Below are positions 10,512-19,643 of a stretch of DNA of 64,000 nucleotides, in pieces. The notes under the pieces were generated by a model. That model worked only from the letters and a program-made list of their open reading frames with translations. It ran no database searches and was not told the DNA's origin. Source of the stretch: a virus (taxonomy: Duplodnaviria; Caudoviricetes). Each line of letters starts with the position of its first letter. Position 1 is the stretch's first letter. Made by a program: the position numbers and the translations under genes. Location: the IMG/VR virus record IMGVR_UViG_3300020576_002947, positions 160,001 through 224,000 of that record. One strand, written 5' to 3'.

Positions 10512-10949
10512 TTAGCGTGAGTGTAGGGTTCTAGCAAAAACTCGAGCTTGGTTTCCATCAAAAGCACCGTAGGCTGATTCCATTTGCTTCTGTGCGTAAG
10601 TGTATTGGTTATAAGCTGATTGTGAAGCTTGAGACCCTTGAGAAAAAGGAACTGATAAAGTAGACTTATCAGTAATTGATGTACTAATTGCCCCGACTAG
10701 GCTTTGAGCTAGTTCAGGAGCGTAAAAAGCAGCGTTAACTAAAAGACTATAACCAAGACCTGCAACAAAGTTTTTACCTGCAGCTACCTGGGCTAAACCA
10801 TCTACAATAGATGACGCTACAGCTTTTCTCTTCTGCTCGGGGTTTTCATAATGACCACTTGCAGCCATGAAAACCCCGGTAAGAGACATACCTAGGTTCA
10901 TCATCGCACCCTTGCTCCCACCAAGGGTTGTTAGTAACTTAGTATTCAT
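10512..10949 (-). CDS. Small Gly/Ala-rich hydrophobic protein (possible internal/ejection protein)
   Basis: 145 aa with Gly/Ala-rich hydrophobic helices, between TerS and TerL. Confidence 0.5.
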   Translation of the reverse strand: MNTKLLTTLGGSKGAMMNLGMSLTGVFMAASGHYENPEQKRKAVASSIVDGLAQVAAGKNFVAGLGYSLLVNAAFYAPELAQSLVGAISTSITDKSTLSVPFSQGSQASQSAYNQYTYAQKQMESAYGAFDGNQARVFARTLHSR

Positions 10950-10966
10950 TTTTGAGTATCAGTTCG

Positions 10967-11311
10967 TTAAAAGAACTTAAGAGCCTGCTCGCCTGCGTTT
11001 AACAACGCCTTATTAACAGAACGGCTAAAATCACCAGCAGGACCAGTAGGTACACCTTTGCCGAGATTTTGAACCATTTTACCAATTCCGCTATTAATAC
11101 CTTTTCCTAGCTCTCCAGCTTTACCACCAAGAATCATTGAGGCAGCGTAAGTAGACAAGCCAAAAGCACCTACGTTAAGGGCTGCTGTAGTCATATCCCC
11201 ATAACGCATCGAATCGTATGCTGATTTAGCATGACTAAGTGCAAACATACCTGCGGTACCACCTACACCATATCTTGCAATTGGGTTTGAAGAAAGAAAT
11301 CCACCTGCCAT
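10967..11311 (-). CDS. Small Gly/Ala-rich hydrophobic protein
   Basis: 114 aa with two Gly-rich hydrophobic segments. Confidence 0.5.
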   Translation of the reverse strand: MAGGFLSSNPIARYGVGGTAGMFALSHAKSAYDSMRYGDMTTAALNVGAFGLSTYAASMILGGKAGELGKGINSGIGKMVQNLGKGVPTGPAGDFSRSVNKALLNAGEQALKFF

Positions 11312-11318
11312 TTAGTTA

Positions 11319-11753
11319 TTAACTCCCTGAAAGAATATTATATCTTTCATCACTCATACTAGAGCCCATAATTCCTCTAGCATACGCCGGACCTGCACCC
11401 ATATCATTAACATGTCTGAGATCCCCAGAACCATCATAATAAGATGAGGGCGGCGGCGCTTTAGCAGGCAGAGCAGCAGTAGCAGCTACATTTAAACCAA
11501 ATGAAGCTCCTCCGTAAAGACCCATACCTGTTGTTATCCAGCCATTCAAACCAAATCTTTTAGTCTCATCTTTTAAGTTAGGTTTAAAAGCATTAGGAAA
11601 AGCCCCTTCTAGTCTGCCAGAGATACCTTTAAAGGTACTGCTATTTCCTAGGGCTGAAGTAGCTGTTAAAGTAGCCTTTTTTATAAAGGAGTTTGACCCA
11701 ATAGCGCCTCCCACTTGGTCAATAGATTGTAGAATAGTACCTAGTAAACTCAT
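11319..11753 (-). CDS. Small Gly/Ala-rich hydrophobic protein
   Basis: 144 aa; GWITTGMGLYGGASFGLNVAATAAL segment. Confidence 0.5.
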   Translation of the reverse strand: MSLLGTILQSIDQVGGAIGSNSFIKKATLTATSALGNSSTFKGISGRLEGAFPNAFKPNLKDETKRFGLNGWITTGMGLYGGASFGLNVAATAALPAKAPPPSSYYDGSGDLRHVNDMGAGPAYARGIMGSSMSDERYNILSGS

Positions 11754-12511
11754 TTTACCTCAACGTCGATTACAACATTAGTAGGATCATCCTCTTTTGA
11801 GGAGTTCCTTAACTCTTTTAGAGCCACACCTTTAGGTCTAGCAAACAAGTCAGACAACATTTTAAACTGTCCTGCTTGAACAGCAAGGTTCGCTTTATCT
11901 TTTCTAGTAGCTACAAGCTGAGAAAGAGCATTTTGTAGTGACTTTTCTAGTAGTGCTCTATGTTTGATAATTTCATTAGCCCTTCTGTCAGTAATAGCGT
12001 CACCTTTAGCACTAACACCTACAACAGACTCACCAGCAACTCCATAAACAGCCAACTCTCTATCAATTCTGTTGATTAGCACAGTCTGTTTAACAATATG
12101 AAGGATTTGAAGTATGTCTGAAGAACTATCAGGTCTAACATCATGCTCTCTTACAAAGTTAGCTAGCCATATAGCAGCTTCTTTTACTTCTAGACGGCAG
12201 GGCTCCCCGAAAAGGGCATCAATAGCTACTTGTCTCTGTTGAGTACTATGCTTATACTTCTTTTTAATAGCACTCATAATAGGGCATACAGCAAAGTAGG
12301 GACATTCATGAGTTTTACAAGTTAAAAACCCACTATAAAATCCAGGAAGCTTTCGTTCGAAGATAGTTTCATCCCAAAAAGGTATTTCTCCTATTACTTC
12401 TAGCATTGCTTCGACGAGAGACTTACTAAAGTCGTCTACTTCTAGAAAAGGGGCAGTCTCTTCAAGACTTAAAAAACTAGTAGTCTTAGTTTGAATTGGG
12501 AAGTCACTCAT
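11750..12511 (-). CDS. Probable terminase small subunit
   Basis: Cys cluster CKTHECPYFAVCP...C followed by helical oligomerisation-like region ending L..LVATRKDK; upstream of terL. Confidence 0.55.
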   Translation of the reverse strand: MSDFPIQTKTTSFLSLEETAPFLEVDDFSKSLVEAMLEVIGEIPFWDETIFERKLPGFYSGFLTCKTHECPYFAVCPIMSAIKKKYKHSTQQRQVAIDALFGEPCRLEVKEAAIWLANFVREHDVRPDSSSDILQILHIVKQTVLINRIDRELAVYGVAGESVVGVSAKGDAITDRRANEIIKHRALLEKSLQNALSQLVATRKDKANLAVQAGQFKMLSDLFARPKGVALKELRNSSKEDDPTNVVIDVEVK

Positions 12512-12920
12512 TAAAAAGATTATTGAACTCAGTCAGTGAATGATCATTTCTTCTCATTCTTATTACTAGTACTTGCACTGTTTCACCATTATTTTGAACA
12601 TTAAATATGCTTTTATAACCATTTACACAATATTTCCAATCCTGTGTAAAAAGCTGGTCTGCGTAAGTATACTCATAACTGATCATATGAGAAGTAATTA
12701 CGTTTGTAGGCTCTAATGTAGGTGTATCTGAATCCATCTCTTCTTGTGGAACAACAAGAAAGTTTATATAATTATTTAATGAGAGTTTTAAATCAAATTC
12801 AGGTAAAAACTCAGGAATAATTAAAGTAAAGTACTCCGGTGACACTTCTACGATTCCGGCTGAACTAGGCGGAATATAGAAAGTAACATCTTTATTTAAT
12901 GAAGTGTTCTGTCGAGACAT
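12504..12920 (-). CDS. Hypothetical protein
   Basis: ORF track 12504..12938; ATG at 12920 preferred. Confidence 0.55.
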   Translation of the reverse strand: MSRQNTSLNKDVTFYIPPSSAGIVEVSPEYFTLIIPEFLPEFDLKLSLNNYINFLVVPQEEMDSDTPTLEPTNVITSHMISYEYTYADQLFTQDWKYCVNGYKSIFNVQNNGETVQVLVIRMRRNDHSLTEFNNLFNE

Positions 12921-13003
12921 CTTTACTACTAATGTCAAAAATAGTTTGACACTAGTATATTAGAGGCCTAGTCCTTGCACTCTAAGTTATATATAGAGTG
13001 TAA

Positions 13004-16000
13004 ATGTTTCCAAAACGGTCTAATGATACAGATGATTATAAGGGTCTAAGTAAGAAACAAGGCTCAATTAAAGGATTGGAGTCTATTAGATTAGATTTCA
13101 AACTAAAAGAGTTTTGGGTAACACAGAAGACTAAGGATGCTATGGCTAAAGACGTAGCTAACTCCTTAAACACCTTAAGTGGGTCAACAATTCACTATAA
13201 AACTCTTCCTGATAACTCTCGTCCTCAATGGGTTGATACCCTTAGCAATTTAAGTGATAGTCTTAATGGATTAGCTAGATTTAGTACCTCCCAAATTATG
13301 GGTGCTTTAGATAATTCAATTAATGCAACTAAAGATATGATATTAGAGGCTTCAAAAGTTTATCTAATGTTTAATCCTCAAATGCACAAACGAAACGGAG
13401 AACTAACTTTTACAGGGCAGGTAATGGGTAGGATTTATGATGTACACAAAGCATCATTCCAAACGGAAGCTACTAAAAATGCTCTTGAAGCAGCTTGGAA
13501 TTTAATGAATCCTAAGAGTGGTAAGTACGAGATGGTTAGTTTCCAAGCTAAAGTTCTTACTGTAGAAAACCCAGCACTTATAAGTGAAATGTTGTATGGT
13601 ACGAAAGGTGGTCTGAAGGATATGCCAGACTTTTCTGACTTACTAGGTACTATCGTTAAGGGAAGAGACGGTCAGCTTCTTTTTGTCACTGACGCTAGAG
13701 TATTTGCTCAGCTAGCTATTGATAATGATGGAGACGTAATTCAATTATCAGTACTAAAGAAGGTAGGGGAGTCTATCACAACATCAGCAGAGTTTGCATT
13801 CTACCAAAAATCCCCTGGTTTAAGAACAAATGGAGGCGTTAGACTATTAAACGGTCTTCTATCCCAACAATTGAGTGGTGCAGCAATAGATGCAGCAGTT
13901 ACTGACCCAGTTACAAAAAGACAACTAGAACTAAAGAGGCTTAAAGCAACAACCGACTTAACCCTTTATGCCCGCCAGAGATTCTTTGGTGCCCAATTAG
14001 ATGCTTTTGGATTAAATACTACAAATACCCCTGAAAGTCCTTATAAGGGGACAATGGATTATCGTTACAGCAAAAGTGATCTACTAAAAACTGGTGCTGG
14101 TTTAATTACTACTGGGGCCAACGGTAGATCACAATTTCCTGATATAAAAGAGATATTTGCTTTTGAGGAAGGTGGTGTAAAATTTATTGGAGATGACGCC
14201 TTATCCCCTCAAGCACTACCTTCAGGGGTAAGATCTATTTTAAGAGGAGCCTCCAGAGGAAAAGAAGTTGCCTTTTGGGAAGGTTACCGAGGAAAAGACC
14301 TATCAAACAAAATGTATGCTCAAGAGTATGCTTTTGGTGGTTATGCTAAAAAGCAGGCCATGAAAGAACTAATTCCACAAGTGCGTAGCAACAAACAGGT
14401 GGGTCTTTTAACTAATATGGTTTGGGTTAAGGAAGTCTCTGAAATCATGCAAAGCATGACAGATAAAGGGGATTTAAATAACATGATTGATCAACTGGAT
14501 ACTGCGTTTCTAAAGGCGGTAAGTGATCATGTTAGTTCAGGAGACATAGATCCTAAAGCATTAGCAAAGATTAGAGAATCTGCAGGAATGCTTGCTACGA
14601 TTACCTCAAAGTTAGGCTTAGGAGACAGACGCTTTAAAGTACTAGAGCTACAAGCACTAAAAGCAGGTATTGGAGGAAAGGCACAGACAATCGGAGCGGA
14701 CGCAAGTCTTGTTTGGGGAGAAGAGGCACAAAGAGTTTTTACTGAATCAGCCAGTTTGTACCTAACTAAATCTAAATATTTTTCTGGTATGAGCGTAACC
14801 CAGTTATCAGAAGTACTAGAAGATATGATGACGGGTAACTCTCGATACTTAAAGTCAGTAGGACCTGATTTCATTACTCAAATGACTAACCCATTTGGTA
14901 GCGTTCTATCTAGCTTTGAATCTGGCGGTGACGGAGCTGTAACTAGAGAAGTAAAACCAAGAGAATCTAAAATTAGGACCGATTATTCTAAAGCAGCTCT
15001 TGAGAAGAGAGCCCAAAGTAGACCTCTTGCTCATGTACTAGATCGTAATGGAGCAAAGAAAACCAAAGGAGCTTTAGATTATTTAATTGAAGCGGGTATA
15101 CTAGAAGTACATAGATTTGATATGAGCGCAGAGACTATAGGTGCTGAAAATTTAGGCCAACTACAGAGAATGGCTGGGCAGAATCCTGTTTCTTCAGTTA
15201 CAATTGTACAAAGGGACGCTGCGGGTGGTTATAGAAGCTGGGGAAGTAATCCTGGAATTCAAGCTACAGATACAGCAGCAAGACAAGCACAATTACTAGA
15301 AAACTCAGTATGGAGACCTACAGTAATGCTAGCGAATGCAAATGGTCTCGCTTTTGATAATACTACCCCACCTGAAGATATAATACCACTATTTCTTGAC
15401 CCCTTAGAAGCAGTAAGAAAAGCAACAGAGAATGTTTCAGGTATAATTGGTCTCGAAACTCAACAAAAAGGTGGTAAAGGAGTAAAAACACACTATAGAT
15501 TTAATATAGGTGATTTTAGTGGTGCAGCTATTAATAACGATGGTATGCCGGAAGCTAGTGGTATTACTCTTAAATCATTCAAAGACGATGAAAAGCTTCT
15601 TGAGAACGCCTTAAGAGGGTACTCCTCAAAGAAAGATTTCGATAATGGTGATATAAAGAAGATTCTTAATCTTGATGTTGAAAGCGAGATTAATAGAAAG
15701 GGTTTAATGGACTACGCAAAGAATCTATTAAACAGGGCCTTAAATGAGAACGACAAAGAAGCAGAGATTAAATTTAAAAGACTAGTCACTGGTGGGTTTA
15801 TGAGGTCTTATGCAGGACAAAGTTTTGAAAGAAAATTCAATGCAGCTGTTGCATCAGTAGCAGGAGAACTAGCACACCAAACGACACTAACTGTTCAACC
15901 AGGTGGAGGAGTAGGTTTAGGTATAAATCAAAATTCTGATGTATGGAGCAGAGGTTCTATTACTATAACAAACGAGTATGGTGATATTGTTGATGAACGA

Positions 16001-17662
16001 GACTTAGCTGATGGTATTATTATAGCACAGAAGTGGTTAAACTTAAGAATAGGTAGTAAAAAATCAGGACCACTAAATGCTGCGGCAAGAGCATTCCTCT
16101 ACGATCCGACCAAACCATCGTCTGTTGCAGATAAAAGAGGTAGTAAAATATCTAGCCAGGCTATTGCTGGCGTAGAAATAAAAGCTACGGTAGCTTACTT
16201 TATGCCAGATACTTTTCTTCAAGAACAGGGTGATGATCTTACTAAAAAGATTTTCAAAGGTAACGCAGATGAGTGGTTTGAGCACTTTTATTTAACACTG
16301 GCTGAAGACAAATCAGGTACTTACGAAGATCTATCCAATAAACAGAAGTTTCAGGGACAGGGCGAGCTTTTTCTTACCCCTGCAGGTGCAGCTAAAGTTA
16401 AAGCTCAACAAAAACTTAAAGCTGGAAAACTGATTGAGTACGAAGGAATACCACCTATGAAAGATCAGTTAAGTAGAAAAGCCCAAATGTTTTACGGCAA
16501 ATGGTATTATGTTCTTAGCGAAGAAGAGTTAGTTTCTGACGCTAAACTTGTAAATACTGCTGGCTGGTTAAAAGCTATGCCAATAGGAATTACAACTCAG
16601 TATACCATGAATCCTACTGGTGGCGGTGCAAAGCAAAACATTGATATGATGATAAGTCTTGGTGAGGTTTTTGCTAAATCCACAGGAATTAATCAACTAC
16701 TTATCCACCATGCCAATGAGCTAGGATTAACGTCAGAAGAAGTTAAAACCAAAATGGAAAAACATAGGGCTAACTTCCAAAAAGCTGTTAGCACTGGTGA
16801 TGATAAAGCCTTAAAAGGTCATATTACTGCAATGCTTGAGGACTTTGGATTAATGAAAGAAGAGGTAGAAGAAATAGATGAACAAGGGGTAGTAAGAAAA
16901 GCATCAGCTTGGGTTTTTGGCAAGCGTGATGAACGGGGTAATGCTGCGTTAGCGGATACCACAGTAATCTCACTTACAAATGTTGCAGAACACCTAGTAG
17001 CAAGAGAAACTTGGGATGAGAACTTGCAACGCTTAGTTATAAAAGGTGCTGAGTCAACCCAAGTTATGAAAGGAGGTTTAATGAGCCAGGATGTAATCAA
17101 TAAAATCTTTGGTGATGGTGCTGTTAAAGCATTTGACCTTTTCTCAGTACTTGGACGTGATGGTGAGGAAGGTTTAATAAAGAGCTTCGCAAGAGAGCTT
17201 AATCCTGGTGTGGTAACACTTACTGATAATATGATTGCACAGGCACGGCAAACACTGCAGGTTGGGTTTGTTGCAGTTGCTCAGCAGGAGTACACGGGAG
17301 CTGCGGAAAAGGCTACTGAGCACCTAAGATCGCAGCTAGGCCTATTAATGGATGCTAGACTTGAAATTCTTGATGCTATTAGTGGGGGTCAGATTATACA
17401 GGGCTTAGGTAGTATCAAAAAAGAAACTCACCAGCTACAAGCAATAGCCCATAGCATAGGCCTAGCAAGTCAAGCACAAAAACTTGGTACTATAGGTAAA
17501 GAATTAGAGGGCAAATCTGAAAACATGCTCCACTATCTAATGAAGAGTACTCCTGCTAATGGTAAGCTAGCAATAGCTATGGCCGCCACAGCAGCAACTG
17601 CTACAGCCTTTGCGATGAGAGGAAGAGTACAGGCTAAAAGAGAAGAAGCTCGTACCAGGTAG
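13004..17662 (+). CDS. Putative virion-packaged single-subunit two-barrel RNA polymerase (permuted domain order)
   Basis: DNDGD (aa 240-244), KSP (269), VGLLTN (466), ELQALKAG (548), GQGELFLT (1118), K1181-LVNTAGWL-K1190 and D1214-MMISLGEVFA-K1225, matching beta' and beta catalytic-barrel motifs; collinear with the 800-aa protein. Confidence 0.75.
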   Translation: MFPKRSNDTDDYKGLSKKQGSIKGLESIRLDFKLKEFWVTQKTKDAMAKDVANSLNTLSGSTIHYKTLPDNSRPQWVDTLSNLSDSLNGLARFSTSQIMGALDNSINATKDMILEASKVYLMFNPQMHKRNGELTFTGQVMGRIYDVHKASFQTEATKNALEAAWNLMNPKSGKYEMVSFQAKVLTVENPALISEMLYGTKGGLKDMPDFSDLLGTIVKGRDGQLLFVTDARVFAQLAIDNDGDVIQLSVLKKVGESITTSAEFAFYQKSPGLRTNGGVRLLNGLLSQQLSGAAIDAAVTDPVTKRQLELKRLKATTDLTLYARQRFFGAQLDAFGLNTTNTPESPYKGTMDYRYSKSDLLKTGAGLITTGANGRSQFPDIKEIFAFEEGGVKFIGDDALSPQALPSGVRSILRGASRGKEVAFWEGYRGKDLSNKMYAQEYAFGGYAKKQAMKELIPQVRSNKQVGLLTNMVWVKEVSEIMQSMTDKGDLNNMIDQLDTAFLKAVSDHVSSGDIDPKALAKIRESAGMLATITSKLGLGDRRFKVLELQALKAGIGGKAQTIGADASLVWGEEAQRVFTESASLYLTKSKYFSGMSVTQLSEVLEDMMTGNSRYLKSVGPDFITQMTNPFGSVLSSFESGGDGAVTREVKPRESKIRTDYSKAALEKRAQSRPLAHVLDRNGAKKTKGALDYLIEAGILEVHRFDMSAETIGAENLGQLQRMAGQNPVSSVTIVQRDAAGGYRSWGSNPGIQATDTAARQAQLLENSVWRPTVMLANANGLAFDNTTPPEDIIPLFLDPLEAVRKATENVSGIIGLETQQKGGKGVKTHYRFNIGDFSGAAINNDGMPEASGITLKSFKDDEKLLENALRGYSSKKDFDNGDIKKILNLDVESEINRKGLMDYAKNLLNRALNENDKEAEIKFKRLVTGGFMRSYAGQSFERKFNAAVASVAGELAHQTTLTVQPGGGVGLGINQNSDVWSRGSITITNEYGDIVDERDLADGIIIAQKWLNLRIGSKKSGPLNAAARAFLYDPTKPSSVADKRGSKISSQAIAGVEIKATVAYFMPDTFLQEQGDDLTKKIFKGNADEWFEHFYLTLAEDKSGTYEDLSNKQKFQGQGELFLTPAGAAKVKAQQKLKAGKLIEYEGIPPMKDQLSRKAQMFYGKWYYVLSEEELVSDAKLVNTAGWLKAMPIGITTQYTMNPTGGGAKQNIDMMISLGEVFAKSTGINQLLIHHANELGLTSEEVKTKMEKHRANFQKAVSTGDDKALKGHITAMLEDFGLMKEEVEEIDEQGVVRKASAWVFGKRDERGNAALADTTVISLTNVAEHLVARETWDENLQRLVIKGAESTQVMKGGLMSQDVINKIFGDGAVKAFDLFSVLGRDGEEGLIKSFARELNPGVVTLTDNMIAQARQTLQVGFVAVAQQEYTGAAEKATEHLRSQLGLLMDARLEILDAISGGQIIQGLGSIKKETHQLQAIAHSIGLASQAQKLGTIGKELEGKSENMLHYLMKSTPANGKLAIAMAATAATATAFAMRGRVQAKREEARTR

Positions 17663-17672
17663 TACGAGCTTC
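17645..17672. terminator. Hairpin between convergent genes
   Basis: Perfect 11-bp stem GAAGCTCGTAC/GTACGAGCTTC overlapping the stop codon. Confidence 0.6.
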
Positions 17673-17678
17673 ATTACT

Positions 17679-18113
17679 TTAAATATTAAGTCCTAATCCC
17701 CACTTGAGATTAAACTTCCTAGCAGCTTCTCGGCTAGCCTTCCACGGATCTTTATACTTCCCACTCCAGATATCCTTTGGAAACTGGAATTTACCAATAG
17801 ATTCAGCATTTGCAAGATAATTCTTTAGTACTTCTGAGTATTCAGAGATTAGTAAAGTTAGACTTAGAACCAAAGCCTTTGCCTGCTCAACTTCGCCTTT
17901 TGCGATGAGATCTGATAGTCTTAGTGCTGTTTCTAAGATCTTGTTTAAAATTGCTTTATGGAAAGCTTCAATTTTTTCTAGATCTTGGTTAAATCTCTTA
18001 GACAATTGATTAGCTGAGAACCCGCTTAAAAGCTCAGCCGCTTTAGAAAACTCCTTTTGAACTACTAGAGCATCTATTTTTGAAAAAAGATCGTTCATTT
18101 TAATACCTGCCAA
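17679..18113 (-). CDS. Hypothetical helical protein
   Basis: 144-aa ORF. Confidence 0.55.
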   Translation of the reverse strand: MAGIKMNDLFSKIDALVVQKEFSKAAELLSGFSANQLSKRFNQDLEKIEAFHKAILNKILETALRLSDLIAKGEVEQAKALVLSLTLLISEYSEVLKNYLANAESIGKFQFPKDIWSGKYKDPWKASREAARKFNLKWGLGLNI

Positions 18114-18120
18114 TAAACCC

Positions 18121-18663
18121 CTAGAGGTTTTTTATTGTATAACGTTCTTTCATTAAATTTAATATAGTATCTATTGTATTTGGTCCCACTTCTACCTCAA
18201 TAAATGGAATGTTAAATTTAATTAAAATCGTTCTAATTTCGCTATCAAGTTCGATAGCCTCAGCTTCAGACTGAGTTCTACCATACTCTAAATAAGGATG
18301 CTCTTTTAGATTCCTAACCAGAAGAATATTGAAATTATCAAACTCATTAAAGAGTTCAACCATAAGAGTCTCAAAAGCATCCCTTTGCTTATCATGCTGG
18401 TACATGATACCAGTTATAATAGGAGAGTCACTAACTATTACATCGAGCTGGTCCTTTTTAATATAAACATCCTTCCATTGAGTCATGCTTATCCAAGGTT
18501 GGCACTCATTAAGCTCCTTAAATCTATGCTCCCATGTTAGCTGCTTTGCAAACTCAGGAACTAGTTCACTAAGGACCTTTCTCTCCTTTAAATGTGTTGA
18601 TAAGGCTAAACCGTAAGTTGACTTACCAATACCAGGACCACCAAAAAAATTTACTACTACCAT
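18121..18663 (-). CDS. NadR/AAA_28-type P-loop nucleotide kinase
   Basis: VNFFGGPGIGKST Walker A, EFAK, IVSDSP, GR.Q.E.EA..LD. Confidence 0.8.
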   Translation of the reverse strand: MVVVNFFGGPGIGKSTYGLALSTHLKERKVLSELVPEFAKQLTWEHRFKELNECQPWISMTQWKDVYIKKDQLDVIVSDSPIITGIMYQHDKQRDAFETLMVELFNEFDNFNILLVRNLKEHPYLEYGRTQSEAEAIELDSEIRTILIKFNIPFIEVEVGPNTIDTILNLMKERYTIKNL

Positions 18664-18675
18664 ATAATTAATATA

Positions 18676-18975
18676 CTATACTGGAGGCTCTTCAACAGGC
18701 TCTTCTGGGACCGTAGACTGCCCAACAATAGCCATAAATTGACTAACTGAAGCCTCGCCTGCGGCAGCAGCTTGACTTCTAATCATGCTAGTAGCAACTT
18801 CACTACCCTGCTTTACAAAGAACTCTACAGCAGCTTCCATAGGATTCTGACCTTGGTAGTTTAGGTATTGGATGACGTAATAAAGGATGGCATCTGAGAT
18901 AGGTGCGGCAAGAGTAATAGTATGAGACTGCTCATTTCTATTGTCTTTGATTGTGATTTCAACTGTATCGTTCAT
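18676..18975 (-). CDS. Hypothetical protein (tail-fibre cluster)
   Basis: 99-aa ORF coupled by TAATG to the upstream gene. Confidence 0.55.
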   Translation of the reverse strand: MNDTVEITIKDNRNEQSHTITLAAPISDAILYYVIQYLNYQGQNPMEAAVEFFVKQGSEVATSMIRSQAAAAGEASVSQFMAIVGQSTVPEEPVEEPPV

Positions 18976-19139
18976 TATTGTGGTACCGTAATTGTGTTTT
19001 GAATTGACTCATGTAGTTGTTGCGGATCAAGTAGAAGACCTGTTGATTTTAAGTAGAGTATTCCAATGAGAATGCTTGCGGATATTAGCCATAATAACCA
19101 TCCAAGACTTTTCTGAGGCTTGTAGTCTGGATCATACAC
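18975..19139 (-). CDS. 54-aa single-TM membrane protein
   Basis: Not in the ORF track. GTG start, MYDPDYKPQKSLGWLLWLISASILIGILYLKSTGLLLDPQQLHESIQNTITVPQ; fills the gap exactly. Confidence 0.6.
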   Translation of the reverse strand: MYDPDYKPQKSLGWLLWLISASILIGILYLKSTGLLLDPQQLHESIQNTITVPQ

Positions 19140-19643
19140 TTAGGTCACCTGTACTCCTCTTCTTCTGGGAGTTTCTCCCCCTCCACCACCCCAATCCTCT
19201 GTTAGGAGGACATCAGAGTCGTCTAGAAGTCTAAATTCAGCCATCTTAGCCTTCTGCTCTATACACCCAAAGATCGAAGCTCTCATTGAGAATCTCCAAT
19301 ACTGAGCAGCAATCCCTGGTGTTGGATTTTTAGTTTCTCCCGTATATGTACAACCTAAAGGAGAAGGAGCCATACCCATTGAGATAGAAGTCCAAGAGCT
19401 TCCGTCACTAGAGTACTCCAAGACCCTTGTTACGGGCTCATTAAACTCAATATAAGTAGATACTGTGGCTACTGTTGGTGGTGAGGACCCAAGATTCCAT
19501 ATCGCACAGATCTCAGCGTTGTGAATCTCATCACTTTTGATGACTTCATGGTAAGTAGCATTACTACTGTCGGTTAAGACGGTACTATCTACTAGTGTTC
19601 CATTATCTACAGCTAACTGGTAGCCTTCAGCCCATTTTGGCAT
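19140..19643 (-). CDS. Tail-fibre-associated beta protein (galactose-binding-like)
   Basis: LEYSSDGSSWT and AQYWRF motifs recall F5/8-type beta sandwiches; coupled to the fibre gene. Confidence 0.45.
   Translation of the reverse strand: MPKWAEGYQLAVDNGTLVDSTVLTDSSNATYHEVIKSDEIHNAEICAIWNLGSSPPTVATVSTYIEFNEPVTRVLEYSSDGSSWTSISMGMAPSPLGCTYTGETKNPTPGIAAQYWRFSMRASIFGCIEQKAKMAEFRLLDDSDVLLTEDWGGGGGETPRRRGVQVT

Noticed and set aside
12946-12974. Sigma70 promoter for the large RNAP gene (TTGACA)
   Set aside because: The hexamer at 17-bp spacing is TAGTCC, a poor -10 box
13004-17662. Tape-measure protein call for the 1552-aa ORF
   Set aside because: No periodic helical repeats; polymerase motifs collinear with the 800-aa protein explain it better
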